Part shown: positions 1 to 10,353 of the stretch, in pieces | Position numbering within the stretch: position 1 is the first letter of the stretch | How the letters are laid out: every line of letters starts with the position of its first letter | Source: Thermodesulfobacteriota bacterium | GTDB lineage: Bacteria; Desulfobacterota; GWC2-55-46; S146-70; JAUXIU01 | Direction of reading: 5' to 3' | DNA: 36,238 bases | Assembly (NCBI GenBank): GCA_046753505.1 | Contig: JBHHTR010000003.1 | Coordinates: 1 to 36,238 of the forward strand | Translations under genes and position numbers: made by a program | The notes under the pieces: model-generated | Database searches by the model: none | What the model was told of the DNA's origin: nothing | The model's input: only the letters and a program-made list of their open reading frames with translations

Positions 1-2
1 CG

Positions 3-215
3 GTCATTGTTGTGGATTTAGATGAGGAGATGCAGGTAGAGCGGGCAGGGCAGAAGGGGTATAACTGCAAAGCGGCTCATGCCAGGATGGACGCTCAGGC
101 AAGACGAGAGGAGCGCTTAAGCCACGCCGACTTCATCATTGATAACAGCGGCAGCAGAGAGGTGACACGGGAGAGGACGAGAGAGGTATTTGCCGAGTTG
201 ACGCAAGCGTCATAG
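3..215 (+). CDS. coaE: Dephospho-CoA kinase, C-terminal part (truncated by window start)
   Basis: Open frame from window edge: VIVVD...RMDAQ...ADFIIDNSGS, the typical CoaE C-terminus; lies upstream of rho. Confidence 0.85.
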   Translation, partial: VIVVDLDEEMQVERAGQKGYNCKAAHARMDAQARREERLSHADFIIDNSGSREVTRERTREVFAELTQAS

Positions 216-291
216 GAGCAACCCGGCATGGAGAACGCTCTCCTCAAGGGCAACCGTAATCACTGTAGAAAGAATGCCACAAAAAAAACTA

Positions 292-320
292 TTGACACGT
301 CCCGAGCCATATGCTATTTA
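292..320 (+). promoter_or_regulatory. Putative sigma70 promoter of rho
   Basis: TTGACA (292-297), 17-bp spacer, TGc-TATTTA (315-320), with an upstream A-tract. Confidence 0.55.
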
Positions 321-513
321 TAAGTCCAATCAAATCTGCCTCTCGGCTATAAACACATTTACATCATAAGAAAACCATACCTTATTGAAAAATCCCTGTG
401 TAGCTTGAAGCAAGAAAGTTTATTGCATCAATAATATATACAATCATCCTCCAATTACCTCGCACAATTACGCGCCCACATCAACCAGCACCACTCCAGG
501 AGCCCTATTCTCT

Positions 514-1773
514 ATGAATCTTAAAGATCTGAAAGACAAAAAGATAAGTGAACTGACCACCCTTGCAAAAAAATATACCATCGAGGGGGCGGCAAGCCTT
601 AGAAAGCAGGATCTCATCTTCGCCCTCCTCCAGGCACAGAGCCAGCAGAACGGCCTGATCTACGGAGAGGGGGTACTCGAGACGCTCCCCGACGGCTTCG
701 GCTTTCTGAGGGCCCCCGATTACAATTACCTGCCGGGTCCCGACGATATCTACATCTCCCCTTCCCAGATAAGGAGGTTCAGTCTGAGAAAAGGCGATAT
801 CGTTTCCGGCCAGATAAGACCTCCGAAGGAGGGGGAGCGATACTTTGCCCTCCTCAAGGTTGAAAGCATCAACAACGAAGACCCCGAGATAGCAAGGGAG
901 AAGATCCTCTTCGACAACCTCACCCCCCTCTATCCGCAGAAGAAGTTCAAACTGGAAATAACGAAGAAGAAGGTGAGCGGCAACCTCTCCATGAGGACCA
1001 TGGACCTCTTTACCCCAATAGGCATGGGGCAGAGAGGACTCATCGTCTCCCCCCCTCGGGCCGGTAAAACCACCATCCTTCAGCAGCTTGCAAATTCAAT
1101 CACCACCAACCACCCCGATGTTGCCCTTCTGGTTCTTCTCATCGATGAACGTCCCGAAGAGGTTACCGACATGCACCGCTCGGTCAAGGGCGAGGTAATC
1201 AGCTCAACCTTTGACGAGCCGGCACAGCGCCACACCCAGGTGGCGGAGATGGTCATAGAGAAGGCAAAGAGGCTCGTTGAGCACCAGCGTGATGTGGTCA
1301 TCCTTCTCGACTCCATCACACGCCTCGCACGGGCCTATAACACCGTAGTGCCTCCCAGCGGGAAGGTTCTCTCCGGTGGTGTGGACTCCAATGCGCTCCA
1401 CAAGCCTAAGCGCTTCTTCGGAGCGGCAAGAAATATAGAGGAGGGCGGCTCTCTTACAATTATTGCAACAGCCCTCGTCGACACGGGCAGCAGGATGGAT
1501 GACGTCATCTTTGAAGAATTCAAGGGAACAGGCAACATGGAGATTGTTCTCGACAGGAAGCTGGGAGAGAGACGGATATTCCCTGCCATCGACCTGAACA
1601 AGTCAGGCACGAGAAAAGAGGATCTCCTCCTCTCAAAAGAGGAACTCAACAGGATATGGATATTGCGGAAGGTTCTTCAGCCTCTCAACCCTGTGGAGGC
1701 AATGGAGTTCCTCCTGACAAAACTGAAGAGCTCGGACACCAATAAGGAATTCCTCGACTCGATGCACAAATAG
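514..1773 (+). CDS. rho: Transcription termination factor Rho
   Basis: [18 protein letters not shown], Walker [26 protein letters not shown]; 419 aa. Confidence 0.99.
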   Translation: MNLKDLKDKKISELTTLAKKYTIEGAASLRKQDLIFALLQAQSQQNGLIYGEGVLETLPDGFGFLRAPDYNYLPGPDDIYISPSQIRRFSLRKGDIVSGQIRPPKEGERYFALLKVESINNEDPEIAREKILFDNLTPLYPQKKFKLEITKKKVSGNLSMRTMDLFTPIGMGQRGLIVSPPRAGKTTILQQLANSITTNHPDVALLVLLIDERPEEVTDMHRSVKGEVISSTFDEPAQRHTQVAEMVIEKAKRLVEHQRDVVILLDSITRLARAYNTVVPPSGKVLSGGVDSNALHKPKRFFGAARNIEEGGSLTIIATALVDTGSRMDDVIFEEFKGTGNMEIVLDRKLGERRIFPAIDLNKSGTRKEDLLLSKEELNRIWILRKVLQPLNPVEAMEFLLTKLKSSDTNKEFLDSMHK

Positions 1774-1839
1774 TTTCACGCCATGCGCTGTCGGGGATAT
1801 ACATGGGCTCTCCGGCACTTTTTGCTGGACACTTTCTGC

Positions 1840-1868
1840 TTGCGCTTGTGAGGTATAGCTGTTATTAT
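1840..1868 (+). promoter_or_regulatory. Putative sigma70 promoter of rpmE
   Basis: TTGCGC, 17 bp, TGt-TATTAT; SD AAGGAGG follows. Confidence 0.45.
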
Positions 1869-1902
1869 TGCTCGGATTTACGCCATAAGGAGGTTCGATA
1901 TT

Positions 1903-2109
1903 ATGAAAGAAGGCATACACCCCACATATGAAACCGCCACCGTTACCTGTCTCTGCGGCTTCTCTGCGGAAACGCGGTCAACGAAGAGTGAGATAAAGGT
2001 TGAACTCTGCTCCAGCTGCCACCCATTCTACACGGGGAAGCAGAAGCTGATGGATACTGCTGGAAGGGTTGACAAGTTCAGGAAAAAGTACGCAAAAAAG
2101 GCTAACTGA
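1903..2109 (+). CDS. rpmE: 50S ribosomal protein L31 (Zn-binding form)
   Basis: MKEGIHP...CLCG...[10 protein letters not shown]...GRVDKF; strong SD. Confidence 0.98.
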   Translation: MKEGIHPTYETATVTCLCGFSAETRSTKSEIKVELCSSCHPFYTGKQKLMDTAGRVDKFRKKYAKKAN

Positions 2110-2419
2110 GAAGCGGGAACGGCGTGGTTTCTCGCCGTAGACCGTCCCCGCTCCTGCTCCCGCTACATAAGGGCGCACAGCGGCTTTTAGCGCACTCAGG
2201 CGATTCTGCTCCTCTGGAGAGAGACCATGCTCAATTGAGAGAGAGCCTCTCAGGTGTGCTCTTCATTCGTTTGTCACCTTTAACCTGCACCTTCATCGCC
2301 AATGAGCACACGTCTACACCATTGACCCCTCCCACCCTTTCCCCACTCCAGCAATCTATCATACTGCTCCTTTTGCCAAAGCGTTGAGAGAGAGTTTTTA
2401 AAGAGGTTACCGGCCCGTT

Positions 2420-3493
2420 ATGTTGCAACGACTTGAAACCATAGAGACCCGCTATAACGAACTGGGCGCCCTTCTAAGTGATCCGAAGGTCATTTCCGAC
2501 CAGGAAACCTTCCAGCGATACGCAAAGGAGCACTCCTGTCTGAGAGATATTGTCGATGCCTTCGCCTCGTTAAAAGGTGTAGAGCAGGATATCGCGGATA
2601 ATGAGGAATTGCTCAAGGGGGGCGATGCGGAGATCAAGGAGCTGGCAGAGGAGGAGCTCGTAACCCTGCGGGAGAAAAAGAGCGCTCTGGAAACTGAGTT
2701 AAAATTCCTCCTCCTCCCGAAGGACCCCAATGATGAAAAGAATATCCTCATCGAGATCAGGTCAGGCGCTGGCGGTGATGAGGCGGCCCTCTTTGCGTCC
2801 GAACTCTTCAGGATGTACAGCCGCTACGCTGAGCTGCACAATTGGAAGCTGGAGATATTGAGCATCAACCATACGGGGCTGAACGGGCTCAAGGAGGTCA
2901 TCGCCCTCATAGAGGGGCAGGGCGCCTACAGCAGGTTGAAGTATGAGAGCGGGGTACACCGTGTACAACGAGTTCCTGAAACGGAGGCTGGCGGCAGGAT
3001 ACACACCTCTACGGCAACGGTAGCCGTCCTTCCCGAGGCGGAAGAGGTGGAGATTGAGATCAACAACGACGAATTGCGGATAGACACCTTCAGGGCCGGC
3101 GGCCACGGCGGCCAGAGCGTCAACAAGCTGGAGACTGCCGTGAGGATTACCCACCTCCCTACTGGTATTGCCGTGAGCTGCCAGGATGAAAAAAGTCAGA
3201 ACAAAAACAAGCAGAAGTCGCTGAAGATACTGAGGTCACGGCTCCTGGACATAAAGGTTCAGGAGCAGCAGTCACAAATCGCGAGCGACCGGAAGAGCCA
3301 GGTGGGGACAGGAGACCGGAGCGAGAAGATCCGGACATACAACTTTCCCCAGAACAGGGTAACGGACCATAGAGTAGGTCTCACCCTCCATAAGCTTGGA
3401 CAGATTATGGAGGGCGACCTTCAAGAGTTGATCGACTACCTGACAAACCACTACCAGGCCGAGGCCCTTAAAAACTCGGAAGGAACACCCTGA
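2420..3493 (+). CDS. prfA: Peptide chain release factor 1
   Basis: GGQ motif, PxT (PET) RF1 specificity motif, [19 protein letters not shown]. Confidence 0.98.
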   Translation: MLQRLETIETRYNELGALLSDPKVISDQETFQRYAKEHSCLRDIVDAFASLKGVEQDIADNEELLKGGDAEIKELAEEELVTLREKKSALETELKFLLLPKDPNDEKNILIEIRSGAGGDEAALFASELFRMYSRYAELHNWKLEILSINHTGLNGLKEVIALIEGQGAYSRLKYESGVHRVQRVPETEAGGRIHTSTATVAVLPEAEEVEIEINNDELRIDTFRAGGHGGQSVNKLETAVRITHLPTGIAVSCQDEKSQNKNKQKSLKILRSRLLDIKVQEQQSQIASDRKSQVGTGDRSEKIRTYNFPQNRVTDHRVGLTLHKLGQIMEGDLQELIDYLTNHYQAEALKNSEGTP

Positions 3494-3503
3494 GCAGACC
3501 ACT

Positions 3504-4760
3504 ATGGACAAGATAATAATAGAGGGAGGCAAGAGGCTGATAGGTGAAATAGAGATCAGCGGGGCAAAGAACGCCGCTCTGCCCATTATGGCCGCAACCC
3601 TCCTTGTTGAGGGCGCCAATACCATAACAAACATCCCCCACCTCAGAGACATCACTACCTTCAAGGCCCTTCTGAGCCACCTCGGCTGCACAATTAACGA
3701 TCTGGAGGATGGCTCCACCACTATCGACGCCTCAACTATCACAACACCTGAGGCGCCCTATGATCTTGTCAAGACGATGAGGGCCTCCGTTCTCGTCCTC
3801 GGCCCCCTCGTGGCGAGGTGTAAGAGGGCGCGCATCTCCCTTCCCGGCGGGTGCGCCATCGGGGCGCGCCCCATCAACCTCCACCTCATGGGGCTTGAAA
3901 AGATGGGGGCAACCATCAAGATTGAGCACGGCTACGTTGAGGCCACTGCTGAGAGGCTCAGGGGGAGTGTCATCTATCTCGACATCCCGACCGTTACCGG
4001 CACGGCCAATCTCATGATGGCAGCCTGCCTTGCCGACGGGACAACGGTGCTTGAGAACGCCGCCAAAGAGCCGGAGGTAGTCGAGCTTGCCAATCTTCTC
4101 AACACAATGGGCGGTTCAGTCGCAGGGGCCGGAACGGAAAAAATCGTCATAGAGGGGGTCGATAAGTTGCACCCCGTCTCTCATAGAGTCATGGCCGACA
4201 GGATTGAGGCGGGCACCTACATGATAGCCGCTGCGGCAACCAGGGGGAATCTCCTCCTGAAGAGGTGTCCCATTGATCTCCTTGAGGCGCTTATAGTGAA
4301 GCTGGAAGAGACCGGCACGGAGATCACCATCGAGGAGGGTGGCGTCCGTGTCATTGGCGCTACTCCAATCAGGAGTGTCGATATACAGACATCGCCCTAC
4401 CCCGGTTTCCCGACAGACCTTCAGGCACAGATGATGGCCATGATGACCGTCGCAAGCGGCCTCTCTGTTATTACCGAGACTATCTTCGAAAACAGGTTCA
4501 TGCATGTAAGTGAACTGAAGAGGATGGGGGCAAGGATCAAGGTAGACGGCAGGACAGCCATCGTTGAGGGGAGGCCTTACCTGAGCAGCGCCCCAGTCAT
4601 GGCCACCGACCTGCGCGCCAGCGCCTCACTTGTAATAGCGGCCCTCATCGTTGACGGAACAACTGAAATATCACGAATCTACCACCTCGACAGAGGGTAT
4701 GAGAGACTGGAAAAGAAGCTGGCCCAAGTTGGCTCAAAGATCAAGAGGATAAAGGGGTAA
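3504..4760 (+). CDS. murA: UDP-N-acetylglucosamine 1-carboxyvinyltransferase
   Basis: [19 protein letters not shown] (catalytic Cys), [15 protein letters not shown]. Confidence 0.99.
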   Translation: MDKIIIEGGKRLIGEIEISGAKNAALPIMAATLLVEGANTITNIPHLRDITTFKALLSHLGCTINDLEDGSTTIDASTITTPEAPYDLVKTMRASVLVLGPLVARCKRARISLPGGCAIGARPINLHLMGLEKMGATIKIEHGYVEATAERLRGSVIYLDIPTVTGTANLMMAACLADGTTVLENAAKEPEVVELANLLNTMGGSVAGAGTEKIVIEGVDKLHPVSHRVMADRIEAGTYMIAAAATRGNLLLKRCPIDLLEALIVKLEETGTEITIEEGGVRVIGATPIRSVDIQTSPYPGFPTDLQAQMMAMMTVASGLSVITETIFENRFMHVSELKRMGARIKVDGRTAIVEGRPYLSSAPVMATDLRASASLVIAALIVDGTTEISRIYHLDRGYERLEKKLAQVGSKIKRIKG

Positions 4761-4762
4761 AG

Positions 4763-5410
4763 ATGAAAACCAAACAGAACCACCTGACCATCGCGCTGCC
4801 GAAGGGGCGTGTCCTTGAAGAGGCTGTAGCGCTCCTGCAGCAGGCGGGAGTCGATTGTTCCGGGGCCTTAAGCAGCACTAGACAGCTCATTTTTGATAAC
4901 GAGGATGACAACATACGCTTCATGGTCATCAGGTCCCAGGACGTTCCCACCTTTGTGGAGTACGGCGCCGCCGACATAGGGATAGCCGGCAAGGACGTCC
5001 TCCTCGAACAGGGGAAGGATCTCTACGAACCCCTCGATCTCGGTATCGGCTACTGCCGGATGGCCGTTGCCGAACCAAAGGGGCTAAGAAACAGCGAATC
5101 TCCCGCCAACTGGAGCCATCTCCGTGTAGCGACGAAGTATCCGAATATCACCTTAAAGTATTTCCTGGAGAGGGGTGTACAGGTTGAACTGATTAAGCTC
5201 TACGGCTCCATCGAGGTGGCCCCTCTGCTCGGCATATCTGATCGGATAGTTGACCTCGTATCGACAGGAGAGACCATGAGAAAGAACGGCCTCGTCGAGA
5301 TAGAGCAGATCATGGAGATAACGGCAAAACTGGTCTGCAACCGGGCCTCACTCAAGACAAAACCGAAGAGGATCAAGGCGATTATTGAGAACCTGCGAAA
5401 GGTCCTCTAG
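4763..5410 (+). CDS. hisG: ATP phosphoribosyltransferase, short form
   Basis: IALPKGR, DVPTFVEYGAAD, ATKYP, GSIEVAP, DLVSTGET; 215 aa with no C-terminal regulatory domain. Confidence 0.97.
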   Translation: MKTKQNHLTIALPKGRVLEEAVALLQQAGVDCSGALSSTRQLIFDNEDDNIRFMVIRSQDVPTFVEYGAADIGIAGKDVLLEQGKDLYEPLDLGIGYCRMAVAEPKGLRNSESPANWSHLRVATKYPNITLKYFLERGVQVELIKLYGSIEVAPLLGISDRIVDLVSTGETMRKNGLVEIEQIMEITAKLVCNRASLKTKPKRIKAIIENLRKVL

Positions 5411-5453
5411 CGGTGAAGAAGTCAGCAAGAGGTGCAGTGAAATGGGAGGTTAG

Positions 5454-5535
5454 GGAAGGTCTGATTAATCCAGACCTTCCGCGATACATGGAAGTATCGA
5501 CATTTTTAGTGTCGGCAAGCCATTGAAAATATTCC
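5454..5535. mobile_element. IS5-like miniature element (family A), 82 bp
   Basis: Starts GGAAGGTCTGATTAA, ends ATTCC, flanked by TTAG/TTAG; homologous to the reverse complement of the right part of 26865-27013. Confidence 0.75.
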
Positions 5536-5650
5536 TTAGATTGAACAAAGACGCCACTCCCCGTAGCACCTCCAGCCGCAGAAATCTGCACTACTCTCCC
5601 CTTTATCCACTGCCAATCTGACCTCAAGTGCACCTTTTGAAATAACCATC

Positions 5651-5680
5651 TTGAAACAAACTATACCGTTGTGGTATAAA
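5651..5680 (+). promoter_or_regulatory. Putative promoter giving a leaderless DUF507 mRNA
   Basis: TTGAAA, 18 bp, TGg-TATAAA; ATG 7 nt downstream, no SD. Confidence 0.5.
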
Positions 5681-5686
5681 AGTGCC

Positions 5687-5968
5687 ATGAAGATACCGAT
5701 CGAACAGGTTGAACGAATATCGTCGCTTATCGTGGCGAGCCTCAAGGAGAAGAAACTCATTGAGTTGAAGAGCAGTGAGTCGGCCATAACGGAGAGGATT
5801 GTTGAGCTCTTTACCCGGAACCTCCATGACGAGGAGGCCCTCAATCGTGATGTTGATAATATCATGAAGAGCCATGCCGGTGAGGTTGAGAGCGGCCAGA
5901 TGGATTACAGGAAGATGTTCAATATGATAAAGTCAAGGCTTGCAAAGGAGCGTGAGATAATCCTGTGA
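5687..5968 (+). CDS. DUF507 family protein
   Basis: MKIPIEQVERIS...EEALNRDV...DYRKMFNMIKSRLAKER resembles DUF507; ATG 5687 preferred over TTG 5651. Confidence 0.75.
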   Translation: MKIPIEQVERISSLIVASLKEKKLIELKSSESAITERIVELFTRNLHDEEALNRDVDNIMKSHAGEVESGQMDYRKMFNMIKSRLAKEREIIL

Positions 5969-6237
5969 GGCTATCTGAAGACCGTATATCCCACATCGCC
6001 CATATCATCGCAGACGGGATATGGGAAGATGATATGGTGGATTTTAAGAGTGACCACGAGGTGCTTACTGAGATCAAGCGGGTTATCTCACACTACTTCC
6101 AGGTAGAGGATAACGCCGATGAAAAGGCGCGGCAGAAGATTCGCTCCATTAAACGGTACATACCTGAGGGAAGCAAGGAGTGGGACATCCTCTACAAGCA
6201 GTATTTTCAGGAAGAGACCGACAAGAAACGTTATTAG
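5965..6237 (+). CDS. DUF507 family protein (second type)
   Basis: MRLSEDRISHIAH...IPEGSKEWDILYKQY; GTGA overlap with the preceding gene. Confidence 0.8.
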   Translation: MRLSEDRISHIAHIIADGIWEDDMVDFKSDHEVLTEIKRVISHYFQVEDNADEKARQKIRSIKRYIPEGSKEWDILYKQYFQEETDKKRY

Positions 6238-6322
6238 CCAGCCCCGGCATCTTCTCCACCATCTCCTCTAACCGATCTATCATTATTAATGTAAGGGCGC
6301 TTATTTGCCGACAGGCTTATCA

Positions 6323-6925
6323 ATGTATCTCTGGATAGTCCTCCCCCCCATTATCGGCGCAACCATCGGTTGGCTCACCAACTACATTGCCATAAAGATG
6401 CTCTTCAAGCCCCACAGGCCGGTAAGGGTCTTTGGCTACAACTTTCAGGGGCTCATTCCGAAGAGACGGAAGGAGATCGGAAGAAGTATCGCCAGGGCCA
6501 TAGAGAGACAGCTCCTCTCATCGAATGACCTGGCCGACGCCCTCTCCGGGATTGACCTGAAGGCAGAGATCGAGCAGTCCGTTGAAGAGGCGATCGAACA
6601 TCGCTTTAAGAGCAATAAGATTAAGAGCATTCCTGTCATCGGTCTCGTTTCGGAAAACCTCATGAACAACATACGATACCTGATTACACGGGAACTCTTT
6701 CTACACCTGGACAAGAAGAAGGACGATATCGTAAACCGTTTCAAAGAGAGCATCGATGTAAACCACCTCCTCTCATCGAGGCTTGACGATCTCGAGCTTG
6801 AGGAGTTCGAGGCCCTCCTCACCGAGTTTATCGGAAAGGAACTCCGTCATATCGAGTGGATAGGGGGTATCATGGGTTTCCTCATAGGCGTCGTTCAGGT
6901 AATTCTCCTCTACTTCATACGATGA
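6323..6925 (+). CDS. DUF445 family membrane protein
   Basis: PIIGATIGWLTNYIAIKMLFKP...QGLIPKRR, and C-terminal ELRHIEWIGGIMGFLIG. Confidence 0.85.
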   Translation: MYLWIVLPPIIGATIGWLTNYIAIKMLFKPHRPVRVFGYNFQGLIPKRRKEIGRSIARAIERQLLSSNDLADALSGIDLKAEIEQSVEEAIEHRFKSNKIKSIPVIGLVSENLMNNIRYLITRELFLHLDKKKDDIVNRFKESIDVNHLLSSRLDDLELEEFEALLTEFIGKELRHIEWIGGIMGFLIGVVQVILLYFIR

Positions 6926-7662
6926 AGCATGTCCTGACCATAGCCGGTTCAGATCCGTCAGGCGGCGCCGGGATTCAGGCAGATCTGGCAACCTTTTCCG
7001 CCTTTGGTGTAAAGGGCCTATCGGCGATAACGGCTGTCACCGTTCAGGATGGCGGCTCTGTGAATGGGCTCTTTCCCATACCGCCCTCATTTGTCCTTCA
7101 ACAGATTGAGGCCCTCGCCGAGGCAGGCACTATTGATGCGATAAAGATCGGTATGCTCGCAAAGGGGGAGATTGTCACCGCCATTGCCGGAGTGCTCAAG
7201 AGGCTCGACATCGCTAACGTGGTTCTCGATCCGGTCATCACCTCTTCCAGCGGTTTTCCACTCCTGGAAAAAAGTGGGCTGCCTGCCCTCCGGTCTCTCC
7301 TGTCCGGCCTCCTCATTGTCACCCCCAATCTCCTTGAGGCGTCACTCCTTACGGGACGGAAGGTGGTTACGGAAGACGATATGGGAGAGGCGGCGATAAG
7401 GATAGGGGAGATGGGGCCAAGGTATGTGCTGATAAAGGGGGGACACCTCTCAGGAGATGCGGTTGATCTCCTCTATGATGGAGATGTGGTAACGCAGTAT
7501 GTATCTGCGCGCATAGGCAGGGAACTCCACGGCACAGGGTGCATTCTCTCAGCCGCACTGGCCGCCTGTCTCGCCGAGGGAGAGGAAATGGGACGGGCCG
7601 TGGCTAGGAGTAAAAACTACGTTTCCGACTGTCTCAGAGGCACAGACTCTTCAGGGGCCTGA
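6922..7662 (+). CDS. thiD: Hydroxymethylpyrimidine/phosphomethylpyrimidine kinase
   Basis: LTIAGSDPSGGAGIQAD, IKIGML, VVLDPV, TPNLLEA, KGGH, HGTGC; ATGA overlap with the DUF445 stop. Confidence 0.95.
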   Translation: MKHVLTIAGSDPSGGAGIQADLATFSAFGVKGLSAITAVTVQDGGSVNGLFPIPPSFVLQQIEALAEAGTIDAIKIGMLAKGEIVTAIAGVLKRLDIANVVLDPVITSSSGFPLLEKSGLPALRSLLSGLLIVTPNLLEASLLTGRKVVTEDDMGEAAIRIGEMGPRYVLIKGGHLSGDAVDLLYDGDVVTQYVSARIGRELHGTGCILSAALAACLAEGEEMGRAVARSKNYVSDCLRGTDSSGA

Positions 7663-8798
7663 TCGTTGCTCTCGATACCCCGCTCACTAACTTCTCTGCT
7701 GTAGTAAGCGCGTATCTTTTCACGGATCTCTCCCCTGGTGATTATCTTCGGTATCATGAGTTGCTGCCCGGCATCCATGAAGTCGGGGGCCCCTACTTTA
7801 TCGAGATTAGACATATAGATAACCACCCACAGCTCTCTGTTGCTGTAGATACTCTCCTTGGCGGCTATGGCGGCGAGCGATTCATCCTCTCTCTTGACCC
7901 TGTAAGTAGCGGTCCTCTTTTTCCACCACTCCTGACCACCCTCGTCACTCTCTGTTGTGGCATATCCAAAGATACCCTCTATCGAGAACGGCTTGATATG
8001 TTTCATTGAGGCTCTGTCCAGGGCGACCTCGCGGTCTTCCGCTGAAATCTCCCCCCCCTCCTCCAGCTTTAGGAGCCGCTCCTGCTCCAGACGATACTCG
8101 ATCTCCTCTTTCAGCAGAGCAGCGTTCTTAACATCACCCGTTAGCGCTATCTCCTCCTTCCGCATTACTACAAGGCGGGCTTTCAAAGCCTCCTCCGCAC
8201 GGCCGACGGCTTGCCCCCCCTCCCCCTCATCAACCGTTTTCTGCCCAAGTTCCGCATCAGCCAGTCTGGCTACGCCACTGATACTTTCCAGCAGAGCCAG
8301 CTCGGCCTTCACAATCGCCAGTTCTTCAGCCTTCTTTAAGAGGGACTCCTCCGCCATAACACGATCCAACTCTGTCTGCAGGAGTATGCTCTCCGCCTCT
8401 TGTCTCGCCTCCTCTTCTCTCTTTAACTGCTCCGCTGCCTCAGCCTGCCTCTGCTTCTCCTCTGCGGTAACTGCTCCCCTCCCCCCATCTGTTTGAGCCG
8501 ATTGGTTCAAATTCTCTTTGGCCGCCTTCAACTGGGCCTCTCGCTGGATGAGCGCCTCCTCTGCTTTGGCCCTCTCCTCCTTCTCACTCTGAAGAGCCTC
8601 TGTCAACTCCTTTATCTTACCGCTCTCCTCCTTAAGATCCTGCCCCACCTTGACCAACTCTTGTTGCATGTCCCTCTTGCTAACCTCCGTCGCCTCCAGC
8701 TGCTCGGACAGGTCACTTCTCTCCTTATGTCCGACTACCCACGACATTGACATTGAGAAACCGATAAAAACGATTGCTACAATAAGGATATTACCCAT
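7617..8798 (-). CDS. Membrane-anchored coiled-coil protein with C-terminal LysM-like domain
   Basis: N-terminal hydrophobic segment, long E/K/A-rich coiled coil, YRVKREDESLAAIA...LWVVIYMSN...PDFMDAGQQLMIP. Confidence 0.75.
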   Translation of the reverse strand: MGNILIVAIVFIGFSMSMSWVVGHKERSDLSEQLEATEVSKRDMQQELVKVGQDLKEESGKIKELTEALQSEKEERAKAEEALIQREAQLKAAKENLNQSAQTDGGRGAVTAEEKQRQAEAAEQLKREEEARQEAESILLQTELDRVMAEESLLKKAEELAIVKAELALLESISGVARLADAELGQKTVDEGEGGQAVGRAEEALKARLVVMRKEEIALTGDVKNAALLKEEIEYRLEQERLLKLEEGGEISAEDREVALDRASMKHIKPFSIEGIFGYATTESDEGGQEWWKKRTATYRVKREDESLAAIAAKESIYSNRELWVVIYMSNLDKVGAPDFMDAGQQLMIPKIITRGEIREKIRAYYSREVSERGIESNDQAPEESVPLRQSET

Positions 8799-8868
8799 AC
8801 TCTCTACCTCCCTATCGTTTTACGATTAACATAGCGATAGACTGCATTGAATGAACTTTCATAAAAGA

Positions 8869-10278
8869 TTACTCTACCCACTCCCCGGTTACCTCACCGA
8901 TATCGATCTGTACCTGATCGACAAAGGTCGTATACTCATTAAGGAAAGTAAGCTTAATATCATCGGTTGGACCGTTCCGCTGCTTTGCCACAATAACCTC
9001 CGCATCCCTCCGTCTACCGCAGGTACAGAGATCCTTCGGGCAGTCGCACGGGTCATACTGGGCCTTCCGGTAGATAAACATTACAACATCGGCATCCTGC
9101 TCAATCGCCCCCGACTCACGCAGATCGGAAAGTTGGGGCCTGTTCCCTTCACGCTGTTCCGTCCTTCGTGAAAGCTGTGAGAGGGCAATCACGGGGAGAT
9201 CGAGCTCCTTGGCCATCGCCTTCAGCGATCTCGATATATCCGAAATCTCCTGCTCTCTGTTGTCGGACCGGCTTCTACCCCGCATCAACTGGAGGTAATC
9301 GACAACTATGAGATCAAGACCAAGCTCAGCCTTCCATCTCCTGGCCTTGGCCTTCATCTCCAGGACCGTCAACGCAGGAGTATCATCTATATAGATCTTA
9401 GCCTCGTAGAGATTTCCGATGGCGGCAGTCAGTTTGCCCCAGTCCTCCTCCCTGAGAAAACCGCTCCTCAAGCGGCTCAGATCAACACGCGCCTTCGACG
9501 CCAGGAGGCGCTGGACGAGCTGCTCCTTACTCATTTCGAGAGAGAAGACGGCAACCGATTTACCATGGTCAGTCGCCGCATTCTGAGCGACATTCAGACA
9601 GAAGGCCGTCTTGCCCATACTCGGCCTACCGGCAATGATGATGAGATCGGATCTCTGGAGGCCGGCAGTCAACTTGTCGAGATCCTTGAATCCACTGGGA
9701 ATCCCTGTCAGTTGCTCCTTCTTCTCATAGAGCTGTTCGATGGCGTGAAAGGTATCCTTGATTATCTCCTTGAGGGGATAGAAGGAGCGCTTCTCCTTCT
9801 CATGGGCAATCTGAAATATGAGCTTCTCTGCGTCGTCGAGAAAATCATCGAGTGACTCGCCACCTTCGTAGCAGCCGTTAATTATCTCAGTAGATGCGGT
9901 GATCAGCCTTCTTAAGACCGATTTTTCTTTAACGATCCTGGCGTAATAGGCTATGTTGGCTGCCGTGGGTGTCGATTCAGCGAGGGCCCCAAGGTAGGAG
10001 AGTCCACCGACTGCATCGAGGGCGTCAGAGGTCTTGAGGGCGTCAGTAACGGTAATTATGTCTATGGGGGTCTGAGTGTCAAAGAGACCGACCATCAAGC
10101 GGAAGAGCTTTCGGTGGGCCTCACGGTAGAAGTCGCTCCCATCGGCGGAGAGCGTTTCGAGGACTCTTGTTATTGAGTTATTATCAATGAGGACGCCGCC
10201 GAGAACTGAACGCTCTGCCTCAACGTTTTGTGGCGGGACTCTCTGTAGAGCAAAATCGGTGGCGGCTTGTACGGCCAT
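8869..10278 (-). CDS. dnaB: Replicative DNA helicase DnaB
   Basis: PPQNVEAERSVLG, GRPSMGKT, FSLEM, VDYLQL, LSQLSR, DLRESGAIEQDAD, KQRNGP; start ATG 10278 is an estimate. Confidence 0.98.
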   Translation of the reverse strand: MAVQAATDFALQRVPPQNVEAERSVLGGVLIDNNSITRVLETLSADGSDFYREAHRKLFRLMVGLFDTQTPIDIITVTDALKTSDALDAVGGLSYLGALAESTPTAANIAYYARIVKEKSVLRRLITASTEIINGCYEGGESLDDFLDDAEKLIFQIAHEKEKRSFYPLKEIIKDTFHAIEQLYEKKEQLTGIPSGFKDLDKLTAGLQRSDLIIIAGRPSMGKTAFCLNVAQNAATDHGKSVAVFSLEMSKEQLVQRLLASKARVDLSRLRSGFLREEDWGKLTAAIGNLYEAKIYIDDTPALTVLEMKAKARRWKAELGLDLIVVDYLQLMRGRSRSDNREQEISDISRSLKAMAKELDLPVIALSQLSRRTEQREGNRPQLSDLRESGAIEQDADVVMFIYRKAQYDPCDCPKDLCTCGRRRDAEVIVAKQRNGPTDDIKLTFLNEYTTFVDQVQIDIGEVTGEWVE

Positions 10279-10353
10279 AATACATGGTTTCTCCGTTATG
10301 CGAAAATCACAGGGGAGAGCATACGGCATCTCTCCCCTGCTCTTATCAATTGT

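Noticed and set aside
7617-7662. 46-bp convergent overlap of thiD and the LysM gene
   Set aside because: Short 3' overlaps of low-complexity tails are common and carry no clear signal
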